This document shows positions 7,158 to 17,656 of a stretch of 61,192 nt of DNA, piece after piece. This stretch comes from a virus (lineage: Duplodnaviria > Caudoviricetes). The stretch covers positions 1-61,192 of the IMG/VR virus record IMGVR_UViG_3300031669_000025; one strand, written 5' to 3'. Position 1 is the first letter of the stretch. Each line of letters opens with the position of its first letter. Position numbers and translations under genes: made by a program. Below the pieces are notes generated by a model. It ran no database searches, was not told the DNA's origin, and saw nothing but the letters and a program-made list of their open reading frames with translations.

Positions 7158-7448
7158 ATGAATTTTAACTCATTTAAAAAGCATTTCAATAAATTATCTA
7201 TATGCTTAGATATTGCAGATATTGAGTTAAAAACTATATGGAATGATTTACCTCTAACTGATGATAAGAAAGCAAAAGAAGTCATTAAGAGAGGTAAATC
7301 TTTCAATATAGCACTCAATAGTTGGATTAATAGTATGGATAATAAGAATATTAGTGAAGATGCTAAACTATCATTAGGTAAGATGTATGATGATGTTAAT
7401 GACATTATTGATGAATATTTTGATGAACTTTATAAAGAAAGAAAATGA
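7158..7448 (+). CDS. Hypothetical protein
   Basis: ORF with overlapping start/stop junction to the next gene. Confidence 0.7.
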   Translation: MNFNSFKKHFNKLSICLDIADIELKTIWNDLPLTDDKKAKEVIKRGKSFNIALNSWINSMDNKNISEDAKLSLGKMYDDVNDIIDEYFDELYKERK

Positions 7449-7756
7449 GTTTCTTAAATAAATATGTAAAAGCAGTAGAAGATTATTATGGTAAACCTAT
7501 GATATATACACCTCAAGATGGAAAGGGAAGAAATGCAAGAATTGACTTAGAAATGGTTAGAATGCTAATTTTACTTTTAAATGAAGAAGAGGGATTAAAA
7601 TACAGTGAAATAGCTCTTTTATTACCCTTTAAAAAGAAAAGATTAGCTCTCCGTAATGATTCTATAATTGCATCTGATTTATATAGATTAGATAGGTTTT
7701 TTAGAAAAAGATATAGTGAAATTTTACAAACTATTCCTAAAATTATTATAGAATGA
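7445..7756 (+). CDS. Hypothetical protein, possibly DnaA C-terminal/TrpR-like HTH
   Basis: VEDYYG...R.MLI.LL.EEEGLKYSEIA...D..F pattern recalls DnaA domain IV. Confidence 0.45.
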   Translation: MSFLNKYVKAVEDYYGKPMIYTPQDGKGRNARIDLEMVRMLILLLNEEEGLKYSEIALLLPFKKKRLALRNDSIIASDLYRLDRFFRKRYSEILQTIPKIIIE

Positions 7757-9054
7757 CAAGAGAAGAAATACAACAACAAGCATTAAATATTGCTAAAGAA
7801 CATAATTATACTGGTATTCTATGTTTAGATATGGGTAGTGGTAAGTCTAAAGTAGCAATAGATTGTATTAAACAGGGTAGTTTTAAAAATATTCTTATTA
7901 CTAGTCCTAGAACTAATTTAAAAGAGATGTGGAGAAAGGAACTAGCTAAATGGGGCATAAAAGACTATAGAGTTGGCATAGATCCTACAGAAATTGTACC
8001 TAAATTTGATAAAATACTATGGAGATATAATGATATTTTTCTTAATATAACTATTGAAAATATACAAACTTGTTACAAATGGACTAAAGAAAAAATTAAA
8101 CAATTTGATTTAATAATTTGTGATGAAGTTCATTTAATAGCAACTCTAGAATATGGTCAATTAATTATTAATGCTAGAGAACTTAATATTCCTGTTATTG
8201 GACTTACTGGAACTCTTAACTTAGAAGATACTTTTAAGAAAGAATTTTACAATACACATATTCCAATATTACTTGAATATTATGATAGTGCAAAAGATGG
8301 ATTAATTAATAAGAGGCACTATTATATTTATAAGTATAAGTTAGATGATAGTTATAAGATAATAACAGGTAGTAAGAAAAAGAAATGGCAAGTAGGAGAA
8401 TTATCTCAATATTCTTACTTAACAGAACAAATCAAAAAAGGTCAAAAATTAATGGCTCAAACAGGAAGTCAAGATTGGTTTAAAGATGCCGCAGATTGGT
8501 TTTGGAAAGGTAATGGAACTACTACAGAAAAGAATGCAGCAAGAATTTATTTACAAGCTATTAAGTATAGAAAAGAATTTCTATGGAATTTGAGTAGCAG
8601 TGCAGATATTGCTGTTAGAATAAAAAATAGAATTCTTGATACAAAAACTGAGAATAAAGTATTACTATTTTCTGAATTAACTACTCAAGCAGAGAAACTT
8701 TCAGCATATTCTATCCACAGTAAACAAGATGAAGACACTAATAAAGAACTTCTTCATATGTTTGATAGTGGTAATATTAAAGAATTAAGTGCTGTTAGAA
8801 GTCTTTCATTAGGTCTTAATTTAGTTGGGGCAAATTGGGCTATTTTAGAAAGTTTTAATAGTAGTTCTACTGATATACTACAAAAAATGGGTAGAACAAA
8901 CCGTTTAGATACTAATGAGGTAGCTAATATTGTAATTATTGTTCCTGTAGAAACACAATCAGAAACTTGGTTTAATAAATTTATTGAGGATATAAATGAG
9001 AGAGACCCTGATATGGCCGTTAGTTATATTAATTCTATTAATGAAATTATATAA
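7753..9054 (+). CDS. Superfamily II (DExH) helicase
   Basis: Walker A MGSGKS, DEVH, GLTGT, motif VI QKMGRTNR. Confidence 0.93.
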   Translation: MTREEIQQQALNIAKEHNYTGILCLDMGSGKSKVAIDCIKQGSFKNILITSPRTNLKEMWRKELAKWGIKDYRVGIDPTEIVPKFDKILWRYNDIFLNITIENIQTCYKWTKEKIKQFDLIICDEVHLIATLEYGQLIINARELNIPVIGLTGTLNLEDTFKKEFYNTHIPILLEYYDSAKDGLINKRHYYIYKYKLDDSYKIITGSKKKKWQVGELSQYSYLTEQIKKGQKLMAQTGSQDWFKDAADWFWKGNGTTTEKNAARIYLQAIKYRKEFLWNLSSSADIAVRIKNRILDTKTENKVLLFSELTTQAEKLSAYSIHSKQDEDTNKELLHMFDSGNIKELSAVRSLSLGLNLVGANWAILESFNSSSTDILQKMGRTNRLDTNEVANIVIIVPVETQSETWFNKFIEDINERDPDMAVSYINSINEII

Positions 9055-9323
9055 TGAGCAACATAGAAATAAAGTTAGATAATGTGGAAAATACTACTTT
9101 ATCTGTAACTTATAATTATGAATTTACTCCTGGATTATGGACTTATCCTAATGGTGATCCTGGTTATCCTGAATTTGAAAATATTAATATTGTAACAATA
9201 CTAACTAATCAAGATATAACAGATATGTTGTATTCTTATAAAACTTGTCCAAATATTATTGAAGAAATAGAGGATAAAATTTCAGAATATGAAAGAAATA
9301 AAAGAATTACAGGAAAAGAATAA
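9054..9323 (+). CDS. Hypothetical protein
   Basis: ORF with YPNGDPGYP motif. Confidence 0.65.
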   Translation: MSNIEIKLDNVENTTLSVTYNYEFTPGLWTYPNGDPGYPEFENINIVTILTNQDITDMLYSYKTCPNIIEEIEDKISEYERNKRITGKE

Positions 9324-9543
9324 ACTTAGAAATGTATCACCCAATGCACTAGGAGAACTTATTTCTATTGCACAACATACATTAGGTGGAGTTTCTGATT
9401 ATATTGAGATAAGTAATTTTATAAGAAATAGATTTAATGCTAATGTTAGCAGAGATGATATAGTAAACTATTTTACACCAATTATCTGTGAGATAGAAAG
9501 TGAATTGTTATATAAAACTTATGGTTATGATAAAACTGTTTAG
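9289..9543 (+). CDS. Hypothetical protein
   Basis: ORF in gene run. Confidence 0.6.
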   Translation: MKEIKELQEKNKLRNVSPNALGELISIAQHTLGGVSDYIEISNFIRNRFNANVSRDDIVNYFTPIICEIESELLYKTYGYDKTV

Positions 9544-9877
9544 ATTTCAGTATAAGGAAGATTATGTAAAATTTCTTAATGAACTGAAATCATTAAAAGT
9601 ATTAACTGGAGAATTAGAATTGTTAGAATATGCTTTGCTTGAATATAAAGCAAGTAAATATATCCCAAGAGAATCTACTGCTAGAGGATTCTGTTTATAT
9701 TTTATGAATCAATTTGGTATAGATTCTTTATATTATCATTTACCTACTCTTTATAGACAAAAGTCTTGGTATAAAGATGCAAGTGAACATTGGTGGAAAC
9801 CAGGTAAATTAAATCCTAGAATTAGGGCGCTAAAAGGGGCTATTAAACTATATAAAAAGATACATAAGGTAAACTAA
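9521..9877 (+). CDS. Hypothetical protein
   Basis: ORF; start probably ATG 9521 or 9527 rather than GTG 9500. Confidence 0.6.
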   Translation: MVMIKLFRFQYKEDYVKFLNELKSLKVLTGELELLEYALLEYKASKYIPRESTARGFCLYFMNQFGIDSLYYHLPTLYRQKSWYKDASEHWWKPGKLNPRIRALKGAIKLYKKIHKVN

Positions 9878-9972
9878 TCTAATCTAATACATTATGAACA
9901 AAATAAACACAAGTAAATACAATTAGTTATAAAAATTGGATATTAAGGCCTTACTAAAACTGTATATAAATT

Positions 9973-10503
9973 ATGAATATTTTAAGTATTGATTTAGATT
10001 TAATGAAGGAATCTGGGTTATTTCCTGATGAATTTATGCTAATAAGTATAATAAATTCAGGAATTAATCCAGATTTATTTCAATGGAGAGAAGATATGAT
10101 TCAGAGTATGAAAGATACTCTATGGATTGATAAACCATTGGATGAATACATTTTAAGAAGTAAAAGTTTAGAAATTTTGGAAAAACCAAATAATTCTATT
10201 AACTTTGACGAGTTTTGGGATTCTTTTCCAACTCAAACTAATAAAGGAAGAGTGCTTAGAACAACTAGTAAAGAATGGGGTGGTAAACCAACTAGAGATT
10301 ATCTAGTTTGTAAAAAGAAGTATTTAAGTAAAGTTAAAACACCTGAAGCACACAAAAAGATTGTAGAAATTATTAAGGCTAGAGTTATTTCTAATGATAC
10401 AGAATATATGAATAACTTAGAAACTTATATAAATCAGGCAATTTGGGAAAGAGATATAAAATATATTCTTATGGTGCAAGATTGGGCTAATAAAAGAGTA
10501 TGA
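9973..10503 (+). CDS. Putative replication initiator/helicase loader
   Basis: FDEFWDSFP and YMNNLETYINQAIWE motifs of phage replisome-organiser C-termini; overlaps the DnaB start. Confidence 0.65.
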   Translation: MNILSIDLDLMKESGLFPDEFMLISIINSGINPDLFQWREDMIQSMKDTLWIDKPLDEYILRSKSLEILEKPNNSINFDEFWDSFPTQTNKGRVLRTTSKEWGGKPTRDYLVCKKKYLSKVKTPEAHKKIVEIIKARVISNDTEYMNNLETYINQAIWERDIKYILMVQDWANKRV

Positions 10504-11612
10504 GTTTATTTAAAAGTGTTCAAGAACAAATTATTGAAAATAAAAGATTAAGAGAGTCAGGTAAAGATATATCAATACCTTTTCCTTTCCCCAGATTTTC
10601 TGAGGAAATCCCTGGTATTCAAAAAGGTAGATATATAATTACAACTGCTGCTAGTAAGATTGGTAAGACTAAGTTTACTGATTCTCTTTTTCTTTATAAT
10701 CCTTATAGATTTACTAAGGAAACTAGCACAAATATTAAAATAAAAGTTCTTTACTTTAGTTTAGAAATGAGTAAAGAAGATAAAGTTAAGGAAGCAATAT
10801 CATATTTTCTATATATAAAGAAAAATATTAGATTGACTCCAGATAAGATGGATTCTATTTTTAAGAAGTATATCTTAGAAAATAGTGTTGTTAAAGCCAT
10901 AGAAGAAATTCAGCCTACAATGGAAGAATTTTTAGATTTAGTAACATTCATAGATCATACAAGAAATCCATATGGAATATATAAAACAGTTAGAGACTAT
11001 GCTCATGCTAATGGCTACTATGTAGATGGCAAAGGATATAGACTTAATACAGAATGGATTGAAAAAGGTTTAAATGAAGAGGCCAAAAAGATATTTAAAT
11101 ATATTCCAAATAATCCAGATGAATTTGTTATAGTTATTACAGATCATGTTAGTTTATTAACTCCAGAAAATCAGGATACTCTGCATGAGGCAATGGGTAA
11201 ATTTTCATCCCAGTATTGTTTGAGTATAAGAGATAGATGGAAGTATATTGTAGTTAATGTTCAGCAACAGGCTGCTGCAATGGAGAGTGTAGAAAATGCT
11301 CAAGCTAATATGCTTAGACCATCTGCTAATGGATTAGGAGATAACAAATTAACTGGTAGAGATTGTGATATGATGTTAGGATTATTTTCTCCATATAGAT
11401 TTAGAAGAAGAGAATGGGAAGGATATGATATTACTAAATTACAAGATTCTTATAGAGAACTTTCTGTAATATTAAATAGAAGGGGAAGTACTGTTATGAC
11501 TGATTTATATTTTGATGGTGGTGTAAACTATTTCAAAGAATTATCTAAATCAGTAGATATGACTCAAGCTTTATACACACAATTAATAGAACGAGATATT
11601 AAAATAAAATGA
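10500..11612 (+). CDS. dnaB: DnaB-like replicative helicase
   Basis: Walker A AASKIGKT, YFSLEM, Walker B VITDHVSLL, QQ motif, late LNRRG. Confidence 0.9.
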   Translation: MSLFKSVQEQIIENKRLRESGKDISIPFPFPRFSEEIPGIQKGRYIITTAASKIGKTKFTDSLFLYNPYRFTKETSTNIKIKVLYFSLEMSKEDKVKEAISYFLYIKKNIRLTPDKMDSIFKKYILENSVVKAIEEIQPTMEEFLDLVTFIDHTRNPYGIYKTVRDYAHANGYYVDGKGYRLNTEWIEKGLNEEAKKIFKYIPNNPDEFVIVITDHVSLLTPENQDTLHEAMGKFSSQYCLSIRDRWKYIVVNVQQQAAAMESVENAQANMLRPSANGLGDNKLTGRDCDMMLGLFSPYRFRRREWEGYDITKLQDSYRELSVILNRRGSTVMTDLYFDGGVNYFKELSKSVDMTQALYTQLIERDIKIK

Positions 11613-11908
11613 TACAGAATAAGACATATAAGAAAATAAGAAAGTTTGAATTAAAACTAGATAAATTCTTATTTAGAGGAAAATTTCAGAATATTATTTA
11701 TGCTAATGAAAAAGAATTTAACAGAATGAAAAACTTAATACAATGAAAGATACTTATGCATTACTAAAAGAACCTGTTCTTAATCATACAGATATTAATA
11801 TTCCTGTTAAAATTATTAAGATTGTATGGACTACTAATGAAGCATTTGTTCAAGGGACTGAGGAAAAAACATTTTGTGTTCAAGCATCTAATTTAATTAT
11901 TGAAGATA

Positions 11909-12397
11909 ATGCCAGTTAATGTAAGATTTATATCTGATTTACATTTACAACATAAGAATATGGCTATTCATAGGGGATTTAAAGATGAATTTAAATGTGA
12001 TGAATTCATTATAGATTCTTGGAATAGTATTGTTAAATCACCTAAAGATTTAACTTATATTCTTGGAGATATTGCTATGGAAAAATCATCTTCATACTAT
12101 ATCTTAGATAGATTAGTAGGTAGAAAAGTAGTAATACTTGGAAATCATGAGATGAAACAACATATTAGGGAACTGCTTAACTATGTTGAAAATGTTGCGG
12201 GAATGATAGATTATTATGGCTTTGCATTAACACATTGTCCTATACATCCAATTGAGTTAGAAAGATACAGAGGTAATATACATGGTCATACACATGAAGC
12301 AATATATGAAGATAAAAGATACATAAATGTATGTGCAGAAGTAATTAACTATCAACCTAAAACCATTGAAGAATTAATTGCATTATATAAACTATAA
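11909..12397 (+). CDS. Calcineurin-like metallophosphoesterase
   Basis: SDLH, LGD, GNHE, THCP, HGHTH motifs. Confidence 0.93.
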   Translation: MPVNVRFISDLHLQHKNMAIHRGFKDEFKCDEFIIDSWNSIVKSPKDLTYILGDIAMEKSSSYYILDRLVGRKVVILGNHEMKQHIRELLNYVENVAGMIDYYGFALTHCPIHPIELERYRGNIHGHTHEAIYEDKRYINVCAEVINYQPKTIEELIALYKL

Positions 12398-12401
12398 TAT
12401 T

Positions 12402-12710
12402 ATGGGTAAAAGTATTAGACTTCCTATTATTAAAGATAGACCAAGAAATAATAAAAAATCTACATTATATTGGCAAAAAGTAAGAAGGAATAATAAACAA
12501 TTTATTCATAAAATTAATGATGCTAAATGGAAAGAATTTGAAGAAATTTATCAAAATGATTTTGATGGATCAGATGAAGAATTCTTATCGATACCTACAA
12601 CATTATTAGAAGAAACTATTTTAATGAAAAAATCTAAAGAAATAGTTAATGACTATGACTATTCTGATTATACATTTAGAATTGATGATGTTAAATATAC
12701 TAGAAAATAA
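12402..12710 (+). CDS. Hypothetical protein
   Basis: ORF; ATG 12402 preferred. Confidence 0.65.
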   Translation: MGKSIRLPIIKDRPRNNKKSTLYWQKVRRNNKQFIHKINDAKWKEFEEIYQNDFDGSDEEFLSIPTTLLEETILMKKSKEIVNDYDYSDYTFRIDDVKYTRK

Positions 12711-12716
12711 AATACC

Positions 12717-13112
12717 ATGAATGAACCATTAATCACATTTAGAACAGCCAAGCTGGCTAAAGAGAAAGGATTTAACATTGAGTCGCATAACTGGTATGAC
12801 CAAACAGAAACGTTGAATCCAACTAAGGGTGTTCGAGGAAGTATGTGTTATACAAATGAAGGGTATGCTCCACCCCAATCTCTTCTTCAGAAATGGCTTA
12901 GAGAAGAACATAACATTGATGTATGGGCACAGCCATTTGTTGAGGGATACCGAACTGATAATTTTGAACTATACCTTCCTGATGAATCTTACTCCTATTT
13001 CCTATTTAAAGATGGAGTTTGGGCAACCGATGAAGTTGACTTTATTGATTTTGAAGAAGCCCTTGAAGAAGGACTATATCAGGCATTATTATTAATCAAG
13101 GATAACAAATGA
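12717..13112 (+). CDS. Hypothetical phage protein
   Basis: TAKLAKEKGF...PQSLLQKWLRE...EEALEEGL pattern typical of Bacteroidota phage proteins. Confidence 0.75.
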   Translation: MNEPLITFRTAKLAKEKGFNIESHNWYDQTETLNPTKGVRGSMCYTNEGYAPPQSLLQKWLREEHNIDVWAQPFVEGYRTDNFELYLPDESYSYFLFKDGVWATDEVDFIDFEEALEEGLYQALLLIKDNK

Positions 13113-13357
13113 TTTCTAAAAAAGAATTTGAAAAATTATTAAAAGAAGATAAATTCTTTACAGATTTTGATAAACAATGGGAATATAGATATCCTGTTGT
13201 AGAATATTATATTCATAACTATGGCCCAAAGATTATAATAAATGGGCAACCTATGGATATATTACTAATTAGACCTATAGATGATAATAATAAATTACTT
13301 GTTAATCAAGCATTTATGAGTATTAAATATAGGTTTGATAATGGTGAATTCAAATAA
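13109..13357 (+). CDS. Hypothetical protein
   Basis: ORF with ATGA overlap. Confidence 0.65.
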   Translation: MISKKEFEKLLKEDKFFTDFDKQWEYRYPVVEYYIHNYGPKIIINGQPMDILLIRPIDDNNKLLVNQAFMSIKYRFDNGEFK

Positions 13358-13379
13358 AGTATTAACCAAATTTTAAAAT

Positions 13380-13931
13380 ATGAAAAGTATATGTATAACA
13401 CTAATAAGTATAATAATCATTCTCCACCCTACTAAGGGTTTTGCACCTGATTTGCACTTTTGTAATATTCCTATTACACAAACGCAAATAATTGTAAAAA
13501 AATATCATATTATTTCGCAGAAATATATAGATTTATTAGCATTCTTAGAATCCAGTAATAATCCTGATAAAGTTAATCAACTTAATTACATAGGATTATT
13601 TCAATTTGGTCAAAGTTCTATTGACTTTTTAAAGTTAGGATTTACAGTTCAGGATTTTAAAGATAATCCTAAGATATTCCCAAAAGATGCGCAAGTATTA
13701 GCTTTAAGAGCTTATACTAAATATCATAAAAAAGCTTTAAAAAGATACATAGCAAAATATAAAAATAAGTATCATAATGGTATTTATATTACTGAATATG
13801 GTATACTAGCAGCAGCACATTTAGGTGGGACTGGTAGTGTTAAAGATTACTTTGATAAAGGTAAAGTAGCAAAGGATGCTAATGGAACCTCTGTGGAAAA
13901 ATATATGGAACTTTTTAAAAATATAAGGTGA
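13380..13931 (+). CDS. Lysozyme-fold/lytic transglycosylase-like protein with N-terminal signal
   Basis: Catalytic ES motif (FLESSNN), GLFQF, LAAAHLG; hydrophobic N-terminus. Confidence 0.75.
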   Translation: MKSICITLISIIIILHPTKGFAPDLHFCNIPITQTQIIVKKYHIISQKYIDLLAFLESSNNPDKVNQLNYIGLFQFGQSSIDFLKLGFTVQDFKDNPKIFPKDAQVLALRAYTKYHKKALKRYIAKYKNKYHNGIYITEYGILAAAHLGGTGSVKDYFDKGKVAKDANGTSVEKYMELFKNIR

Positions 13932-13954
13932 TAATATAAATAAAGCAAGGAAAA

Positions 13955-16348
13955 ATGAATAGAAATTATTATTGTAAAGTTGATTCTCAAGAAGAAGCAG
14001 ATACTTTACTAGAAGAATTAAAAGAATTAGGTGAAAAAATAGAAACTAAATATCTATATGATCCTTTATGGACATATATCAGTTTTAATAAAGAAAAACT
14101 AACTTGGGGTTTACTTAGTAGAAGTTACATTGGTAGTAATGCAATGCTAGTAAAATCTTCAGAATTAATATCTTATGTAAAAGGAGAAACACCTGAAACT
14201 AAATTTATAGTTGGTAAATGGTATAAGAATCTTGGTTCACCTAAAATTTACACAGCAAAATTTAGTTTTATTGATAGTAATAATATTTTTTGCACTACAG
14301 ATGCTGGATATATTTATGGAAGGAAATATGAATTAGCTACTTCAGAAGGAAGAATAACACCCAACTATAAAGATGCAATAGAATGTTCTTTAGAAGAAAT
14401 ACAAGATTATTTACCATTTAATCACCCTGATAAGTTAACTAAGAAAACTGAAGAGTTTGTATTACCTGATAGATGGCATGTTGTAGTTACTGAAGAAAAT
14501 CAGGAAATTCTATCAAGGTGGAGAGAATACTTGGGTATGCTTCCTATAGATAATATTGTAGGTATTTGTAATAAAGATGGAAACAAAGGTAATAATCCTA
14601 AAAGTAGTTTAGTAGGAAAAGATTATGATTTTGGTAAAGAAATAACCTTTGACCAATTTAAGAAATATGTTCTTAAAGATCAAGTAAAATCCAATAATAA
14701 GTTTGAGGTTGGAAAGTGGTATAAAGATGACAACTGGACTTCAAACTCTTATGCTAAATTTCTTAGATTAGAAGATGATAGATTCTATTTTTCTGAAAGA
14801 ATTAAAAATTGGTATAAAAAAGTAGAAAGTTGGTGGAGAATAGATGATAAAACTATTTGTAAAGAAGTATCATTGGAAGAAATACAGCAATATCTTCCTG
14901 AAGGACATTCTGATAAGATTGTTAAGAGTATTAAAAAATGGAGTGTTGGAACCTATGTTGTTTGTGTAACAAATTATGGTGCATATAGTAGAATTGGGGA
15001 TATAGATAAAATAGATAGAATTGTTGATAAAGACCCAAGACTGGAAAAAGAAGGAATATTTGCTCAGGAAGATGATTGGTTTAGATGGTTTCCTACATTA
15101 AAAGAAGCAGAAGAATTCTCTAAAACTATTAAACCTATGACAACTAATAAATTAGAATTAAATAAGTGGTATAAAGATAAATTAAGCTATAATCAACTAG
15201 TTTTTAGAACAAATAAGTCTGGGGGATATGGATTTGTTGATGATATTTGGAGTAACAGTTTATCCTGTCAATCTACTAGAGAATGGATTTTAGCAGATGA
15301 AAAAGAAGTTAAAGAAAGATTATTAAAATATGCTGATAATAAATATAGTCTAGGAAAAGGAAATACTAGGGGAACTACTATTAAAAGTAAATTTGATGAA
15401 AGTGGTAAATATTCTTTAAATGATGCTAAAATACATATATCTCGTGAAGATAATGATCCTTATGGAATTAGAGGTGGTGGAGCATGTTTATACTCAAATG
15501 GTAACTGGGCTGAAATAATTACAATTCCTAAAACTGATACTACATTACAATTTCCAATGATTACTGACAAGGATTATAAAGTTGGAGATGTAGTTGAAAT
15601 TACTAATTTAGGTAAAATTTATTCTACTTTTGATTCTGTGTTTAAAGAAGTAGGATTTAGAAATACTGTAAGTAATTCTATTGAAAATAGTAAGACTGGT
15701 AAAATTTTTCATATTTGTAAACATTCATTTAATAGTTTAACATTGCTATCACTTAATCTAGATGATGGTGCTCAGGTTCTTATTAGTAAAGATGGAGTAA
15801 AACATAAAGAATCAGATAATTATCAAGTAGGAGATTGGGTATTTATTACTGGAAAAAATGCAGGTAATGGATTAGAGTATCATGGTAAAGAAGATGGTAT
15901 ATTTCAATTATTAGAAATAGATATAAGTAAGAATCCATCAGGTAATTTACGTAGTATTTCTCATTTTATGTTTAAGTTTAAAGAAAATTATTTTCTAACT
16001 AATAAAAAACATATACTTAGAAAAGCAACGTTTGATGAGGTTGTTAAAATTTTAGAACCTAATTTAAAACAATATGGTCAATTACTTGAGGAAAAGGCAC
16101 TACAAATCTTAAATCCTGTAAATGATTTAATTGGATTAGGATTTACTGGTGGCCCTGATTATTCTCATTATACATCAGTTCCATCTTATGACTATGGAGT
16201 TTATAATATTTATATTGATCCAGTAGAATATTCTATTAAACCTTCATTATTTACTAAGAAAGAGAAAACAAAAGTTCCTTCTTTAATGAGTAAGGAAAAG
16301 ATTGATGTTAAAATTATTAAAACAAAAGCAAAACAAATTAAACTTTAA
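13955..16348 (+). CDS. Large modular hypothetical protein with tandem small beta-domains
   Basis: Recurrent FxVGKWYK / YxVGDxV starts and a duplicated SLEEIQxYLPxxHxDK. Confidence 0.75.
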   Translation: MNRNYYCKVDSQEEADTLLEELKELGEKIETKYLYDPLWTYISFNKEKLTWGLLSRSYIGSNAMLVKSSELISYVKGETPETKFIVGKWYKNLGSPKIYTAKFSFIDSNNIFCTTDAGYIYGRKYELATSEGRITPNYKDAIECSLEEIQDYLPFNHPDKLTKKTEEFVLPDRWHVVVTEENQEILSRWREYLGMLPIDNIVGICNKDGNKGNNPKSSLVGKDYDFGKEITFDQFKKYVLKDQVKSNNKFEVGKWYKDDNWTSNSYAKFLRLEDDRFYFSERIKNWYKKVESWWRIDDKTICKEVSLEEIQQYLPEGHSDKIVKSIKKWSVGTYVVCVTNYGAYSRIGDIDKIDRIVDKDPRLEKEGIFAQEDDWFRWFPTLKEAEEFSKTIKPMTTNKLELNKWYKDKLSYNQLVFRTNKSGGYGFVDDIWSNSLSCQSTREWILADEKEVKERLLKYADNKYSLGKGNTRGTTIKSKFDESGKYSLNDAKIHISREDNDPYGIRGGGACLYSNGNWAEIITIPKTDTTLQFPMITDKDYKVGDVVEITNLGKIYSTFDSVFKEVGFRNTVSNSIENSKTGKIFHICKHSFNSLTLLSLNLDDGAQVLISKDGVKHKESDNYQVGDWVFITGKNAGNGLEYHGKEDGIFQLLEIDISKNPSGNLRSISHFMFKFKENYFLTNKKHILRKATFDEVVKILEPNLKQYGQLLEEKALQILNPVNDLIGLGFTGGPDYSHYTSVPSYDYGVYNIYIDPVEYSIKPSLFTKKEKTKVPSLMSKEKIDVKIIKTKAKQIKL

Positions 16349-16382
16349 TTATTTTTTTATTAACAATTTAAATTAAATTATT

Positions 16383-16826
16383 ATGACAACAGAAAAAGGA
16401 AAAGTAACAGAAATGTCTTGGGTAACAAAAGTTCTAGGTAGGTTGAACCTCAATGAAGAAGGTAAAGTAGGTCTATTTGGTGACAAGTTGATTAGTGAGT
16501 GGAATAAGCAAATTAGGGACAAGAAGAGAACTATTGCTCAACTTGAAATTGAGATGGAAGATGAGATTCTTGAAGAAAAGGAAAAATTAACTGACCTAAA
16601 GGAAGAATATGCTGAAGCTTTTCTTACTGTAGATGTTAATAGGATTGCTACTTCTGATAAGAGGACTTCTTATGTTGAATCATTTACTGAGAATCTTTTA
16701 GCAAAGAAGAATAGGGTTCTTGCACAAGAACAAGTAGTAAAGGATTCTGAGGATAGTTATAAGAGTCAAATTGAAGAAGTTCAAGAACAAATTGATCTAT
16801 TAGAAGAATTCAAGAGTAATCTTTAA
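16383..16826 (+). CDS. Coiled-coil hypothetical protein
   Basis: E/K-rich heptad pattern. Confidence 0.7.
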   Translation: MTTEKGKVTEMSWVTKVLGRLNLNEEGKVGLFGDKLISEWNKQIRDKKRTIAQLEIEMEDEILEEKEKLTDLKEEYAEAFLTVDVNRIATSDKRTSYVESFTENLLAKKNRVLAQEQVVKDSEDSYKSQIEEVQEQIDLLEEFKSNL

Positions 16827-16840
16827 TAAGCATATTTTAA

Positions 16841-16878
16841 ATCCCCATCTATATAATTATAGGTGGGGATTATTTTTT
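16841..16878 (+). terminator. Intrinsic terminator
   Basis: ATCCCCATCTATA-taat-TATAGGTGGGGAT followed by TATTTTTT. Confidence 0.8.
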
Positions 16879-16899
16879 AACATATTTAACAAATAATTT

Positions 16900-17415
16900 A
16901 TGCAAGTAAAAATTAAAAAATGTATTCCTAGTGCAGTAATTCCTACTTATGCCAAAGAAGGAGATGCAGGAATGGATTTAACTACTACAAGTAAAGTATA
17001 TGATGAATTTGGAAATGTATCCTTTGGAACTGGTATAGCTGTTGAAATTCCAGAAGGATATGTAGGATTAGTTTTTCCTAGAAGTAGTAATTGCAAGAAA
17101 GATTTACTATTAAGTAATAGTGTAGGAGTAATAGATAGCAATTACCGAGGTGAAATTATTCTTAAATTTAAGCCTAGTCTATTTTTTGCACTAGATTCTC
17201 CCGCTCCTGAAGGAAGACTTGGAGAAGATTCTTATGAATTTGACTTCATTAAATTTCCTGATTTAATAGATGATTTTGGATATGAAGAATATAATTTGGG
17301 AGATAGAATTGCACAATTAGTAATCATTCCTTATCCTAAAATTAAGTTTATTGAAGTAGATGAATTATCTAATACTGAAAGAGGAGAAGGTGGATTTGGT
17401 TCAACTAATAAATAA
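16900..17415 (+). CDS. dut: Trimeric dUTPase
   Basis: AGMDL, PRSS, GVIDSNYRGE, GDRIAQL, RGEGGFGST. Confidence 0.97.
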   Translation: MQVKIKKCIPSAVIPTYAKEGDAGMDLTTTSKVYDEFGNVSFGTGIAVEIPEGYVGLVFPRSSNCKKDLLLSNSVGVIDSNYRGEIILKFKPSLFFALDSPAPEGRLGEDSYEFDFIKFPDLIDDFGYEEYNLGDRIAQLVIIPYPKIKFIEVDELSNTERGEGGFGSTNK

Positions 17416-17422
17416 GTAAATT

Positions 17423-17656
17423 ATGACAGTTACAACTTTATATGATGTAGAGGAAAAGATTTGGATTTTATATCATCAGAAAGCTAAACTAGTAGAGATT
17501 AAGTCTATTACTATTGCAACAAAACCTAAAGAAAGGTTAGAAATAGATTACTTTGTTGATGTTAGTGAAACTCCAGGAACATATATACCTTATATTATTA
17601 ATGAGAAAGATATGTTTAGAAGTAAAGAGGAATTAATTAAATATATTAGTGAATAA
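17423..17656 (+). CDS. Hypothetical protein
   Basis: ORF; stop overlaps the ATPase start. Confidence 0.7.
   Translation: MTVTTLYDVEEKIWILYHQKAKLVEIKSITIATKPKERLEIDYFVDVSETPGTYIPYIINEKDMFRSKEELIKYISE

Noticed and set aside
3634-11612. Inteins in the polymerase or helicases
   Set aside because: Lengths are ordinary and no C...HN(C/S/T) insertion is evident.
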